DNA from: Octopus vulgaris
Lineage: Eukaryota
Direction: 5' to 3'
NCBI GenBank assembly: GCA_951406725.2
Contig: OX597829.1
Span: 38,502,001 to 38,566,000 of the forward strand
Length of the DNA: 64,000 nucleotides
The position numbers were made by a program, and so were the translations under genes. The notes beneath the pieces were generated by a model. It had not been told where the DNA came from and searched no databases. It saw nothing but the letters and a program-made list of their open reading frames with translations. This document shows positions 1-12,484 of the stretch, piece after piece; within the stretch, counting starts at the first letter, position 1, and each line of letters opens with the position of its first letter.

Positions 1-24
1 TCTAAAAGAAATAGCAGTCAAATA

Positions 25-201
25 GGCGTAGGAGTGGCTGTGTGGTAAGTAGCTTGCTTACCAACCACATGGTTCCAGGTTCAGTCCCACTGTGTGGCAC
101 CTTGGGCAAGTGTCTTCTACTATAGCCTTGGGCCGACCAGAGCCTTGAGAGTGGATTTGGTAGACGGAAACTGAAAGAAGCCCATCGTATATATATATAT
201 G

Positions 202-233
<32 letters not shown>

Positions 234-436
234 GTGTGCATATGCTTGTCTGTGTTTGTCTCCCCAACATCGCCTGATAACCGATGCTGGTGTGTTTACG
301 GCCCCGTAACTTAGCTGTTCGGCATAAGAGACCGATAGAATAAGTACTAGGTTTCTAAAGAATAAGTCCTGGGGTCGATTTGCTCCAGCATGGCCACAGT
401 CAAATGACTGAAACAAATAAAAGAGTAAAGAGTAAA
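25..436 (+). mobile_element. tRNA-derived CORE-like SINE, family A, full length
   Basis: A box TGGCTGTGTGG, B box GGTTCAGTCCC, CORE-like CCTTGGGCAAGTGTCTT, internal (TA)n/(TG)n, tail of AAAGAGT repeats. About 20 full or partial copies in the window. Confidence 0.9.
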
Positions 437-469
437 TCACCTGTAAATCATATTGTGCCATTAAAATGC

Positions 470-1073
470 ACAAAAACTGGCTCTGGTTATGTAGTACAAA
501 TGTCTTGTTTCCATAAGTTTTGAATTAAAATCTTCCACCAAGCCTTAGTCACAATTTATGTTCCTAACACTAGCTTAATGGTAACTGAGTTATTTTACTA
601 AATTCTTTGTTATACTTTCTTTTACTTGTTTCAGTCATTTGACTGTGGCCATGCTGGAGCACCACCCTTAGTTGAGCAAATCGCCCCCTGTCTTATTCGT
701 TGTGAGCCTAGTACTTATTCTATCGGTCTCTTTTGCCGAACCTCTAAGATACGGAGACGTAAACACACCAGCATCGGTTGTCAAGCGATGTTGGGGGGAC
801 AAACACAGACACAAACACACACACATATATATATATGCATATATACGATGGGCTTCTTTCAGTTTCCGTCTATCAAATCCACACACAAGGATTTGGTTGG
901 CCCGAGGCTATAGTAGAAGACACTTGCCCAAGGTGCGCCGCAGTGGGACTGAACCTGGAACCATTTGGTTGGTAAGCAAGCTACTTACCACACAGCCACA
1001 CCTGCGCGTATATTTAAAGTAATTGAAAGAAACACAGAACATCTCAATAGAAATACAGTAACAAAAGGGTTAA
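470..1073 (+). mobile_element. piggyBac-like MITE family 1, interrupted by a SINE A copy
   Basis: Matches the intact copy at 28909-29132 on both sides of the SINE. Ends in AAAAGGG-TTAA. Confidence 0.75.
615..1008 (-). mobile_element. SINE family A, full length, nested in MITE 1
   Basis: Reverse complement of the 25-436 type. TATA duplicated at 611-614 and 1009-1012. Confidence 0.9.
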
Positions 1074-1283
1074 ATGATGTAGTTCTAAATAGGTAATTCC
1101 ACAAAGGATAGTCATGGCTTGAAAGTTTGTATCATCATTTGTAAAGTTTGGCTTTTCACAAATTTTTCACTTGAATATTTCAACTATACCCATAAATGTG
1201 TGCGGACAGCCATAGAAGCAAAATCTATTTAACAGAGTCTCTTCCTCAGTTTTCTTTTCTCTGTGGGGGTTGTTTTAGGTCCC

Positions 1284-1444
1284 ATCATCATCATTTAACA
1301 TCCGTTTTCCATGCTAGCATGGGTTGGATGGTTCGACCAGGGTCTGGTAAGCCATGGAAGCTGCACCAGGCTCCAGTCTGATGCCCTTCCTAATGCCAAC
1401 CACTCTGTGAGTGTAGTGGGTGTTTTTTACGTGCCACCGGCACA
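1284..1444 (-). mobile_element. Non-autonomous retroelement family C with (GAT)n tail, probably RTE-mobilised; 3' part
   Basis: Matches copies at 3735, 23600, 36343, 50660 and 56868. Motif GGTTGGCATTAGGAAGGGCATC on the minus strand. Confidence 0.75.
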
Positions 1445-1482
1445 ACCAAAACATTTTTGTCTTCAGTCTTTATTGCCTGATT

Positions 1483-1735
1483 TAACTCTTTTCAAGCCAT
1501 ATTCTTTTTTTTTTTTTAATTCACCATTTATCTGCTTTAATTAATGTTGAAAATAATGTTCTTGGAAGCATTTAGTGAAAAATAACTAATTAGGCTCTTT
1601 GATAGAACCAATCTTAACACTAGGTTCTAACATAAATTAATAATGGAAGATTTTAATATAGAATTCAAATATTTTGAAATTTAAGGTTTTGTATCAGTAG
1701 TCTATAAATGCTCTCAGGCAGATTGGTCTCACTAC
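1483..1735 (-). mobile_element. piggyBac-like MITE family 1, degraded
   Basis: Starts TTAACTCTTTT and is similar to 33401-33877. Confidence 0.55.
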
Positions 1736-1898
1736 CTAGCCTCTTCAAGCAGGACAGGAGAGCCCTTTTGCAAGCATTTTGTCATGGTCTCCAAATTCAA
1801 CAAGCTATTAGTTGTAGCTTCTTCCTTGCTTTTCCCCTCTACTGTCAGTTTTAGAAACCAGGCAGGAATGTCGGGCCTCTCACTAAATCACAAACTGA

Positions 1899-1981
1899 TG
1901 TCTTCTACTATAGCCTCGGGCCAACGAAAGCCTTGTGAGTGGATTTGGTAGACGGAAACTGAAAGAAGCCCGTCGTATATA

Positions 1982-2036
<55 letters not shown>

Positions 2037-2170
2037 ATGTGTATACGTTTTTGTGTCTGTGTTTGTCCCCACAACATTGCTTGACAACCGATGCTGGTGT
2101 GTTTACGTCGCTGTAACTTAGTGGTTCGGCAAAAGAGAACCAATAGAATAAGTCCTGGGGTCGATTTGTG
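1899..2170 (+). mobile_element. SINE family A, truncated
   Basis: Begins within the CORE-like region, carries the internal microsatellite, lacks the final tail. Confidence 0.85.
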
Positions 2171-2832
2171 CTATAAAATGTTCTGGAGACAATGTCCAGC
2201 TGTTGAAGGTGCTTCATATTTTAGTACTGTCCACATAACACTCAAACACACCAATACCACCATGAGCTGCACACCAACGCTACCACTGTACATCACATGC
2301 CAACACTGTCATTGTATACCTCAAACACCATACATGAACACTACTGTATGTAATGCATGAATGCTGTCATACAGGGGCATGCTGCCTCACACAGACACAC
2401 TTGCAATACAACTGTACATGCATGACAACTCTCTACTGTACAACAGTTGTTATAGAACCTAGAACTTCTGTCTTGCATTTCACTATAGTGTACAAGTTAC
2501 TTTGATCGCACCCAGCCTTGAACCCACAACTGGCTGTATATGAAGTCATACACCATGAAATCAAGCTTATTTCAGATTGCCAAATCTCATGTAATTATTT
2601 ATCAACTGAAAAACCAGTCACCTGCCTGACTAGCATAAACCTTTCCGCTAATGCTCATTTTATGGATTTCTCAATTTTTCCTATTTTGGTTGTAAATTAC
2701 TTTATACGATCAGAATATTAACAAGTCTGCTGATTTATTAATAAAAATATAACAAAGAAAAATAAAATATAGAGTATAAAGCTCCACAAGTCAATGTGTT
2801 CTTGCTGCTGCTCGCAACTAAGACTGATCTGA

Positions 2833-3223
2833 TTATCTTTTACTTGTTGCAGTTACCTTCACTGCAGCCATGCTGGAGCACCGCCTTGAAGGGTTTCTTT
2901 TTTTTTATTTCTAGTCGAACAAATCGACCTTAGGACATATTTTTTTAAAGTCTAATACTACTTCTATTGGTCTCCTTTTGCTAAACCTCTAAGTTACAGG
3001 AACATAAACACACCAATACTGGTTGCCAATCTTTGGTAGGGGATAAACACTCACACACATGATGGGGCTTTTTTCAGTTTTCATTTACCAAATCCACTCA
3101 CAAGGCTTTGATCAGCCCGAGGCTACAGCGGAAGACAATTGTCTAAGGTGCCATGCAGTGGGATTGAACCTGGAACAATGTAGTTAGGAAGCAAACTTCT
3201 TACTACATAGCCACGCCTGCACC
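2833..3223 (-). mobile_element. SINE family A, older diverged copy
   Basis: Full head-to-tail similarity to family A with many substitutions. Confidence 0.8.
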
Positions 3224-3509
3224 TAAATACTATGTAACATTTAAATAAGGAAATGAAATTACATCTTTCAGTCATCATTTTTTTGAGTGATTTTTTTCCA
3301 TGGTGGCAGAGATTGAGAGAGAATTCTTAAGGCAGTGTTCTATGGCCAGGTTGCTTTTCATGAACTTTAACCTTAACTTGTATCCAAGTTATGTTCTTTT
3401 GGTCAGTGACTTAGCATGTTATACCACTGCTAGATGTTTTGTTTATGAGAGACAGTCATTGCTAAGATACATGGATACATACACACAAGCATATGTATGT
3501 ATATTTTAA

Positions 3510-3683
3510 GATCCACAAGATCAGAACTTCACTGCAGCACTTGGTGGTCCAAAGCAGATATGCTATTTATGTGGGTGCCTTTTCAAAATATTGCCTGGTT
3601 TAAAAACCCACATCATATGCCATGATAGATCTAAGGTGTAAGTAGAAGAGGTGGTCAATTTCTGTATAAAGAGTAGACCACCA

Positions 3684-3686
<3 letters not shown>
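3510..3686 (+). mobile_element. Probable RTE-clade LINE 3' fragment encoding one C2H2 zinc finger
   Basis: 3510-3641 reads DPQDQNFTAALGGPKQICYLCGCLFKILPGLKTHIICHDRSKV*, a C-x2-C-x3-F-x5-L-x2-H-x3-H pattern. A short tail ending GACCACCACCAT follows, similar to the tail at 34525-34560. Confidence 0.55.
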
Positions 3687-3731
<45 letters not shown>

Positions 3732-3734
3732 CCT

Positions 3735-3993
3735 TACTGGCACCTGTGCCATTGGCATGTGTAAAAAAATTCGAGCGAGGTCGTTGCCAGTACCACCTGA
3801 CTGGCCCCCATGCCGATGGCATGTAAAAGCACCCACTACACTCTCGGAGTGGTTGGCATTAGGTAGTGCATCAAGCTGTAGAAACTCTGCTAGATCAAGA
3901 CTGGAGCTTGGTGCAGCCATCTGGTTCGCCAGCCCACAGTCATACCGGCCAACCCATACTAGCATGGAAAGCGGACGTTAAACGATGATAATG
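3735..3993 (+). mobile_element. Non-autonomous retroelement family C
   Basis: Ends GCGGACGTTAAACGATGATAATG. Sits between (TA)n tracts. Confidence 0.8.
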
Positions 3994-4563
3994 GTATATA
4001 TATATATATATATAAAATATATGCACACAGTTTCTGTGAGACCATGTGTTACTGTCTCCTTGCTTTAACAGTGTCCTTCATTCTCAATCTTTGTGGAAAC
4101 ATGTCAGATTTTGGAGAAGTGAGGGTTGGCAACAGGAGAGTGTCCTGCTGCAGTAGATCTTTCACAAAATTTCTTTCTGAACCTTGCAAGCAGGTGGAAG
4201 TTAGTGATCATGCATACACATGAGAGGCTTCTACAGGTTCCACTTAACAAAATTTCACTCATGAGATACTGGTCAACTTAGGCTATAACAGATTTACTTG
4301 CCCAAGGTACTATGCAATGGGATTGAATTGGAAACCACGTGATTTGAAGCAAATTTCATGACCACAGGAGTTTTTTTTTATTATTTTCATTATTATTATT
4401 ATTATTCTCAATGCAATATGTCCAGATAAAATTTTTAAAAAGATATTGCTTTTAATTTTTACAGTTGGATGATTTGTGCTGGCAAGTAAAATAAAAACAC
4501 AGACAAAAGAAACCAATTAAATATTTGACTTAATTTGCATATCCATGCAGCACAAGTCAATTA

Positions 4564-4664
4564 TTATTTTATGTTCGTATCAAATCTTCCCCTCCTCCTC
4601 CATTTTGTGCAGTCTTGCACATCCTTTGTATTATTCTTCAAATCATCCAAAGAAGAAAAGGAAT
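4564..4664 (-). CDS. Candidate terminal coding exon, product unknown
   Basis: TTATTAG acceptor. The only long open frame is phase 1: (D)SFSSLDDLKNNTKDVQDCTKWRRRGRFDTNIK, followed by TAA TAA. Phase matches the 4900-4948 candidate. No homology recognised. Confidence 0.25.
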
Positions 4665-4899
4665 CTAATAATATAAAAACTTGTAGTGGATGATGGTTTA
4701 TGACTGTCTTCCATTCACTGCATGGAATTTTCATATTATGGCACTCATTTCAGTTTGGTGTCTCTGATTAAAAAACAAATCCAACTTTGGACTAAAATAA
4801 GAGCATCTCTATACATTCCATCTATAATCTTAGACCACTTGAAACATTTTCTGCTGGTTCCATAATCTATCTGGTATTAGTTAGATGAAAAATATTTAC

Positions 4900-4948
4900 C
4901 AGTTAATCCTTCTCCAATTTTATGTGGGTAAATTCGTTTAAGAGACAT
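4900..4948 (-). CDS. Candidate 49-bp exon, product unknown
   Basis: TTTCTGCAG acceptor and GTAAAT donor. The only open frame is MSLKRIYPHKIGEGLT plus one G. Confidence 0.25.
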
Positions 4949-5569
4949 CTGCAGAAATATTGGATATTACAAAATGCTTTTTATAGAGTCTAATCTTCAT
5001 AAATCAAGCAAAGTATGAAAAGAAGACAAACTGGATTTAATTTCATTCATTATAAAATATATATATATATAAAAAAATGTTTTTATTTTAGAATAAATTA
5101 AAATTTTATCTGGAGTCTAAATCATTTAACCCTAATATTATTGCTAAACCTAAAACCATATTGTTTTACCATAATACACAGTAGCAGCAACATAATTATT
5201 ATTATTATTATTATTGTTGCTAATGGTAGTGGTGGTTCGTTAGCTGTCAATTGCAAAGTAATTATGACTATCATTATAAATTAGCTTCTAGAGATAGAAT
5301 CTCTCCTTTTACTGTTCTATCGCCAGGAATAGTCTGTCGCTTCCTTATCTTCATTTTCACACTTCCCCTCTACTACATTTAGTTTTTAATTTTTTTATAT
5401 CAAGTTTGCCCAGAGTTATTATTTTGCCCCCTTGTCAGTCTGTTGACCCTAACTAAGCAGACTATATTAACCCGTTACTGACGATCATTCCTGCTTCTAT
5501 GATACTAACTTCCTGTTTTAAAGCGATCTAAATCAAAAACCAAACCTATCAAAATTTCATACTTAATCT

Positions 5570-6375
<806 letters not shown>

Positions 6376-7447
6376 TAATAATCACAAAACTTATTTTACT
6401 AAATTCTTTATTTTAAAAATTAATTGAAACCAAGTCTATTCCAGCAGAAATATGGTAGCAAAACAGTTAAAAGACACATTCAGGTTACAACAGCCCTTTT
6501 TTTTTTTTCAAACTAAGACTATTCAATTTATCCTTCAAATTTCTCTTTGTTTGATTTAAGGTAGTATAATGTAATTTAAGGAAGATTAGGCTGCTATTTC
6601 ATGTAGGTCAAATATCCACATAGGTTTAGTTGTTGATTTGAGCTGATTGTGTTTTCTTTTTGTATCTAAAGTGAATTTAGATGTTATTAGAAGTGAACAG
6701 AGATATTAGATACGATACAGTTGGACAAATAGCTGTTACTGGATGTGGTGTAGTCACTCCAAAACATAGTCTTCAGTGATGTAATAGTATTATAGATACA
6801 ACGCCAACTTTCCAGTTATTGATGATCTAGATCATCTTATAATTCACACTGATTTTAAGCAGAAATTTTAAATTCTCACAGCTGTCAGACTAGTTTCCTG
6901 GGTAGCCCTGTTTCATAATACTTTTGACAGTATAGTATTAATAAACATGTATCATTTATACTAATGTATAGAGACCCTGTATTTAATTTAATCATTTAGT
7001 TAAACTTAATAACCAAAATAGGCTTTGGAAGCAAAGGTTCTGGAAAAAAAAAATCAATGTTGTACCTGTATTAATAATTATTAACTTGACCTGTATTAAT
7101 AATTATTAACTTGATTAGAATAAGTACATATGATTACACCTACCTCAATATTTTGCTAATATTAATTCATCAACCAAGGCAGAACTGTTAAGATACTGGA
7201 CAAAATGCCAATGGTTGTTCCATGTGTTCACCATCTGTTCGTATTGGAGCTTTTGGCACAAATGCCAAGCAGTACAGCATGTCATTTCCAAATTCCTTGC
7301 AGAGTGGATTGCGTCATGGTGATGTTTTTCTCACAGACAGTGCTCAAATGAGCCTACTATACTGTGTAGTCAACAAAATCAAAAACAAACAATGCACATG
7401 CACAAAATTAAAAATATAAAATGGCAACAATTTACCCATCGCACCCT

Positions 7448-7657
7448 CTGTGTGTGTTTATGTCAGTGTTTGTCCCGTCACTGCCTGACAACTGGTGTTG
7501 GTGTGTTTACATCCCCATAACTTAGCAATTCAGCAAAAGAGACCAATAGAATATTAAGCTTAAAAGATAAGTCCTACGGGCGATTTGTACAACTAAGACC
7601 CTTCAATGTGGTGCTCCAGCATGGCTGTAGTCAAATGAGTGAAACAAGTAATAGAAT
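7448..7657 (+). mobile_element. SINE family A, 3' half
   Basis: Matches the segment of family A downstream of the microsatellite. Confidence 0.75.
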
Positions 7658-7970
7658 ATCTATATAGTATGTAGATAGGGTTATAATCCAAGCTGCGTCC
7701 TTATGAAGCACATCTGTATATTCCTGTGCTCCAAAATTGTATACAGATGTTATGATTGTATGAGGTACGCAGAAGTACAGAAAAATACTGGAAAATAGTT
7801 TTGCAGAGTAATTATATATTAAAACAGGAAATTGGAAAATAATTGTTCGGTATTATTTATTCACCGTTACATGCATTTCATTTGCTAATAGGAGTTAGAG
7901 ACACAGTGAAGCTATCTCCTATTAGAAATTTTTCAGACACAGTCAAATAATAAATATGAATAAATATATG

Positions 7971-8011
<41 letters not shown>

Positions 8012-8143
8012 ACGAGAAGAATGACAGAGCTTCTCTGTTTATGTTTGAGAGGAAGTTAAAAATAGAACCAGAATCATCTGTATTTTTAGTGAAGAATCTA
8101 GTTCACCATTGTCTACCAAAGCTCAGTTTTTAAGAGCTCTTGA

Positions 8144-8176
<33 letters not shown>

Positions 8177-8247
8177 TATATAAATAATATATAAATATAT
8201 GCATATATACATACATATATGTACATACCTACATATATATGTATGTA

Positions 8248-8284
<37 letters not shown>

Positions 8285-8459
8285 GCATATATGGGTACAG
8301 GACATCTATAAGCATAGACACAATGAGAAAAAAACAAAAACATAGAAAATGAACCTTTTTTCGAACAATGAAAAAGAAAACAAAAACAAGACATGCAACA
8401 TAAAGAACATTTCCTTTCATCAATTGTCCCCGTTTCATCTACTCCGTGTTTCAGTGGTC

Positions 8460-8505
<46 letters not shown>

Positions 8506-9562
8506 AATATAATTGTGCTTAAGTTGCTTTAAATAAAGATTTTAGTGTAGTGGCTTTAAATAAAGATGTTTTTTTTTCCCAAAAACTTTCCCATCTGGTC
8601 AGTAACAACCAGTATTATGCGTGCATGCAATCCTAAGCCCCTGTATATATCGGTTTTTCCATTGCTGGTTTTAACTTCAGCATTCTAGCTTTATTAGTAT
8701 TGCTGTCTACCCACTCCTTCCATCAAATTAAGATCTCCATGGTATCCCCTAATAGGAATTCTATAATTCTGTAACATTAAACAACAAAACCATTCTTCTA
8801 TAAATTTAAAGAATGTTCATTATTTTATGTGATGGGATAACCTCAAGCTATTTAGTATTATTAATGTGATATGAAAACACACATACACATGATTAAAATC
8901 ATGTGAAGGTAATTCTCTCTCTTTCAGAGATATTTTTAATCTTCATCAGTTAATTGACTTGTTGTAAAATTCTGAATTTATCCCTCTGTGGTCTAGGATA
9001 GTCTTGTACCAACAGTAGTATGCTGCCTCTCCCCTTCTGTGATGTTTCCCACCGGGGCTGCAGTACGGTCCATGTGGATTGTCAGTGGTCTATATTAGTT
9101 TTGGTTGATCAAATTGAGTTTTACTCCCTTCTGTGTTATATAACGAAATTAAAAATAAATGAGGAGAATCATTCATGGTGATTTTTCTCTTGAATTTTGA
9201 GAACCACTTTTCTGGAAAAGATTTTACATATCTATTTAGCCTTAGGATTCTTAACCAGGGAATAAACCTTAGAGGGTAAAAACTTTACTGGACAAAGGAT
9301 TAATATATTTGCTGCTTCATTCATTGATTTACTGTTTATTTTTACATACAAGCATGGTTTAGACAGCGAGTTATTGAGATAGATTTTATAGTCAGATGGT
9401 CTTCCTGCCACTGGCTTGTATTTGTTCTTCAAGTAATAGATCCTTTATTCCAGAGGTCTTCAAAAACACAGTAGAAATGGTCATAATGCCAGCAAAGAAT
9501 GTCAATATTATTGTTGTCTTGCTGAAGCAGTGACAAGCTTAGAATATTAACTTTTGTTCTTG

Positions 9563-9812
9563 TGTATATACACACATACCTAACTGTCTCTGTCTATACA
9601 CATATACACCTTAATCTACCTATCTATACACACTATACTTCTATTGTCTGTACATACACTTCTATCTATTTGTCTATACACATACATACACTTATATCCA
9701 TTTATCTATACACATACATACACTTATATCCATTTATCTATACACATACATACACTCATATCCATTTATCTATACACATACATACACTTCTCTCTATTTG
9801 TCTATACACATA
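9563..9812. repeat. Minisatellite of about 30 bp (CATACATACACTTATATCCATTTATCTATACA type)
   Basis: Several tandem units. The array resumes at 11064-11100 after the transposon. Confidence 0.85.
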
Positions 9813-11063
9813 CAGGGTGGGGCAGAGAGGATGGACATTTTTTTGAAAAATCCATTAATTTTAGCTGCAAACAAATTTTATTGACATAAATGATTTCATA
9901 TTGAATTAGTGCTTGTCAAAATCAAGTGTGAAAACAATATCCATCTTGTGGTGTCCATCTTCATTGATGCATTTCTGAAGGTGTTCTTGGAAGTCACCAA
10001 AATCGACAGAGCAATGCTGGAGGCCTCCACTCTCTCCAGCATTGCTCTGTCGATTTTTGTGACATCCACGTGAATGAATAGCTTCCTTCAGTCATCCAAT
10101 GAACAGGGCTTATGCACATGCACACATGCCTTGAAGTTTCCCCTACGAGAAATAGTCACACATGGACAAATCAGGGGATCGGTGGGGCCAAAGAATGTCT
10201 GCAAACCTGGAAATGAGGCGGTCACTGAAGACAGGGCGGAGAATGTCCATTGATGCTCTAACTGTGTGGGCCGTTGTCCCATCCTGCTGAAACCACACAC
10301 ATCAAATAAGCATATGTTTTCATCATAATTCATGCACAAGGAAGTTGTTTATCATCTCAATGTAACGCTCAGAGTTCACAGTAACAGCATTTCCATTATT
10401 GCCTTCAAAAACAGTGAGGACCAATGATGGCAACTTTTCCAACAGCACACTAGACCATCAATTTTGGGCTGTGTGGTGGTCTTTCGTGCAGTTCTCTCAG
10501 ATTTTCAAGAGACCAATAACAACAGTCTTATTGATTCACCATGCCATTGAGATGAAAATGAGTTTCATTACTCATTAACAAAATGAGGTTGTCATTTGTC
10601 TCAAAAATCTGATGTGCGAAGTTAAGCCACTGTGCATAGTCCCATGGTTTCACCTGTTGCCCAATGACCAATTTGTACAGGTGGAAATGCAGGTTTTCAT
10701 ACAAAATATGCCTTACTGATTGATTACCGATGCCAAGTTTAATGGAATGCCTCTGAGCAGAGTGATTCGGACTCCATATCAAAGCTATCCATTTGTCTAT
10801 ACACACACATACATTTCTCTCTATTTGTCTATACACATTCCACATTTTCCAGGGTCCATACTGTTCGCCCCCCACCCCTTCCACTGATCTTTATGCATTA
10901 GTGTGCTTCATGTAAGAAATGAATTCACCCAATGTAAGACTGTGTTACGGGTGGGAACAGCCATGGCTTCACCTGAAACGAAAAGAAATGTTAAGACACC
11001 ATCGACCAAACGGAGCTGAGTAATAGCCATTTCAAAAACGTCCATTCTCTCTGTCCTACCCTG
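9813..11063 (-). mobile_element. Tc1/mariner-superfamily DNA transposon, DD41D (rosa-like), decayed
   Basis: TA on both sides (9811-9812, 11064-11065). TIRs CAGGGTGGGGCAGAGAGGATGGACATTTTT and CAGGGTAGGACAGAGAGAATGGACGTTTTT. Transposase remnants on the minus strand. Confidence 0.9.
9945..10785 (-). pseudogene. DD41D transposase pseudogene
   Basis: Motifs LHFHLYKL, MSNETHFHLNGMVN, TVNSERY, WFQQDGTTAHT and WPHRSPDLSMCDYF. I count 41 residues between the QQD and CD aspartates. Multiple stops and frameshifts. Confidence 0.85.
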
Positions 11064-11101
11064 TACATACACTTCTATCTATTTGTCTATAATCTATACA
11101 C

Positions 11102-11516
11102 TTTTCTTTTTTTATTCTTTTACTTGTTTCAGTCATTTGACTGCGGCCATGCTGGAGCACTGCCTTTAGTTGAGCAAATCGACCCCGGGACTTATTCTTT
11201 ATAAGCCCAATTCTATCAGTCTCTTTTGCCGAACCGCTAAGTGACAGGGACGTAAACACACCAGCATCGGTTGTCAAGCAATGCTAGGGGGACAAACACA
11301 GACATACACAAACACATACACACACACACATATATATATATATATACATATATACGACAGGCTTCTTTCAGTTTCCGTCTACCAAATCCACTCACAAGGC
11401 ATTGGTCGGCCCGGGGCTATAGCAGAAGACACTTACCCAAGATGCCACGCAGTGGGACTGAACCCAGAACCATGTGGTTGGTTAGCAAGCTACTTACCAC
11501 ACAGCCACTCCTGCGC
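11102..11516 (-). mobile_element. SINE family A, full length
   Basis: Near-consensus reverse copy. Confidence 0.9.
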
Positions 11517-12059
11517 TTATGTATATGTCTATAGACATACATAAACATTTATATATGTCTATACACATTCACACACATCTGTTTAAACACATACATACAC
11601 ATCCACACCTATCTGTCAACACACACATTTCTCAACACACATGCACACACACCTATCTATCTATTTATCTATCAACACAAGCACACATACATATTCAACA
11701 AACTTCCCGTATTTTCCATCTACCAAATTCACTCACAAATGTTGACTAAGATGCCATGTAATGGGAATGAACCTGGAACTACTTGACTGCTTTACAACTA
11801 CACAGTATTTGCCTACTTGAAAATTAAACATTCTCTGATGCAACCTTAATGAAATTCTTCCTTTTCTTTTTCTATGGCAGTTATGCATTTCATTGCATGG
11901 GAGTAATGGGGTAATAGTGAAATGCATTAAAGCTGAGAGGGGGGAAATTACAGAAAATAGGTTGATACTCACTGTTATAGACTGTAGTTATATAAAATGA
12001 ATAAGCAGGATGTTTTCATACTTGTCCCATTATCCTTCTGCCCATTTCTCTAAAATTCT

Positions 12060-12290
12060 TTAACTCCTTAGCAATCAGATTATTCTGTCAAATGTAATGT
12101 TTATTTATTCACATTGTAATGCTTATTTATTAATCATGAATTATTTCGTAGCTTTGAAATTTTGATGTGATTGTATATATTTAAAATGGCATTGAAGGGT
12201 AGGTCTGATAGGCTGGATCTGGTTGGTTAGAACACAAAGCAGCTAGTATATTTGAGCTGGATATGGCTGGTTTAAATGCTTAAGGGTTAA
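12060..12290 (+). mobile_element. piggyBac-like MITE family 2
   Basis: TTAA at both ends and similar to 38337-38564. Confidence 0.75.
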
Positions 12291-12484
12291 ACCTTTTGTT
12301 ACCATATTTCTATTGAAATACACTGTTTCAGTTAATTTTAAAATTAAGGAAGAATTTATTAAAATATTTTGGTCATTATTAAGGTGGTGTTTAGAACATT
12401 TTAATTTAGATCACTTTAAACCAAGAAGTTTATGCTATAGAACCAGGGAAGTGGTCATGAGTGGATTAGTGTCAAAAGAATTAA
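12287..12484 (-). mobile_element. piggyBac-like MITE family 1, sharing a TTAA with the preceding MITE 2
   Basis: TTAA-ACCTTTTGTTACCATATTTC ... GTCAAAAGAA-TTAA. Confidence 0.7.

Noticed and set aside
626-1022. Recurrent ORFs such as MFQSFDCGHAGAPP, YDGLLSVSVYQIHSQG and RGYSRRHLPKV
   Set aside because: They are translations of SINE A in various frames, not a gene family.
8290-8465. Possible Penelope-like fragment between (TA)n tracts
   Set aside because: Single copy with only partial TGATGAA and GAAAC motifs in the wrong order for one ribozyme.
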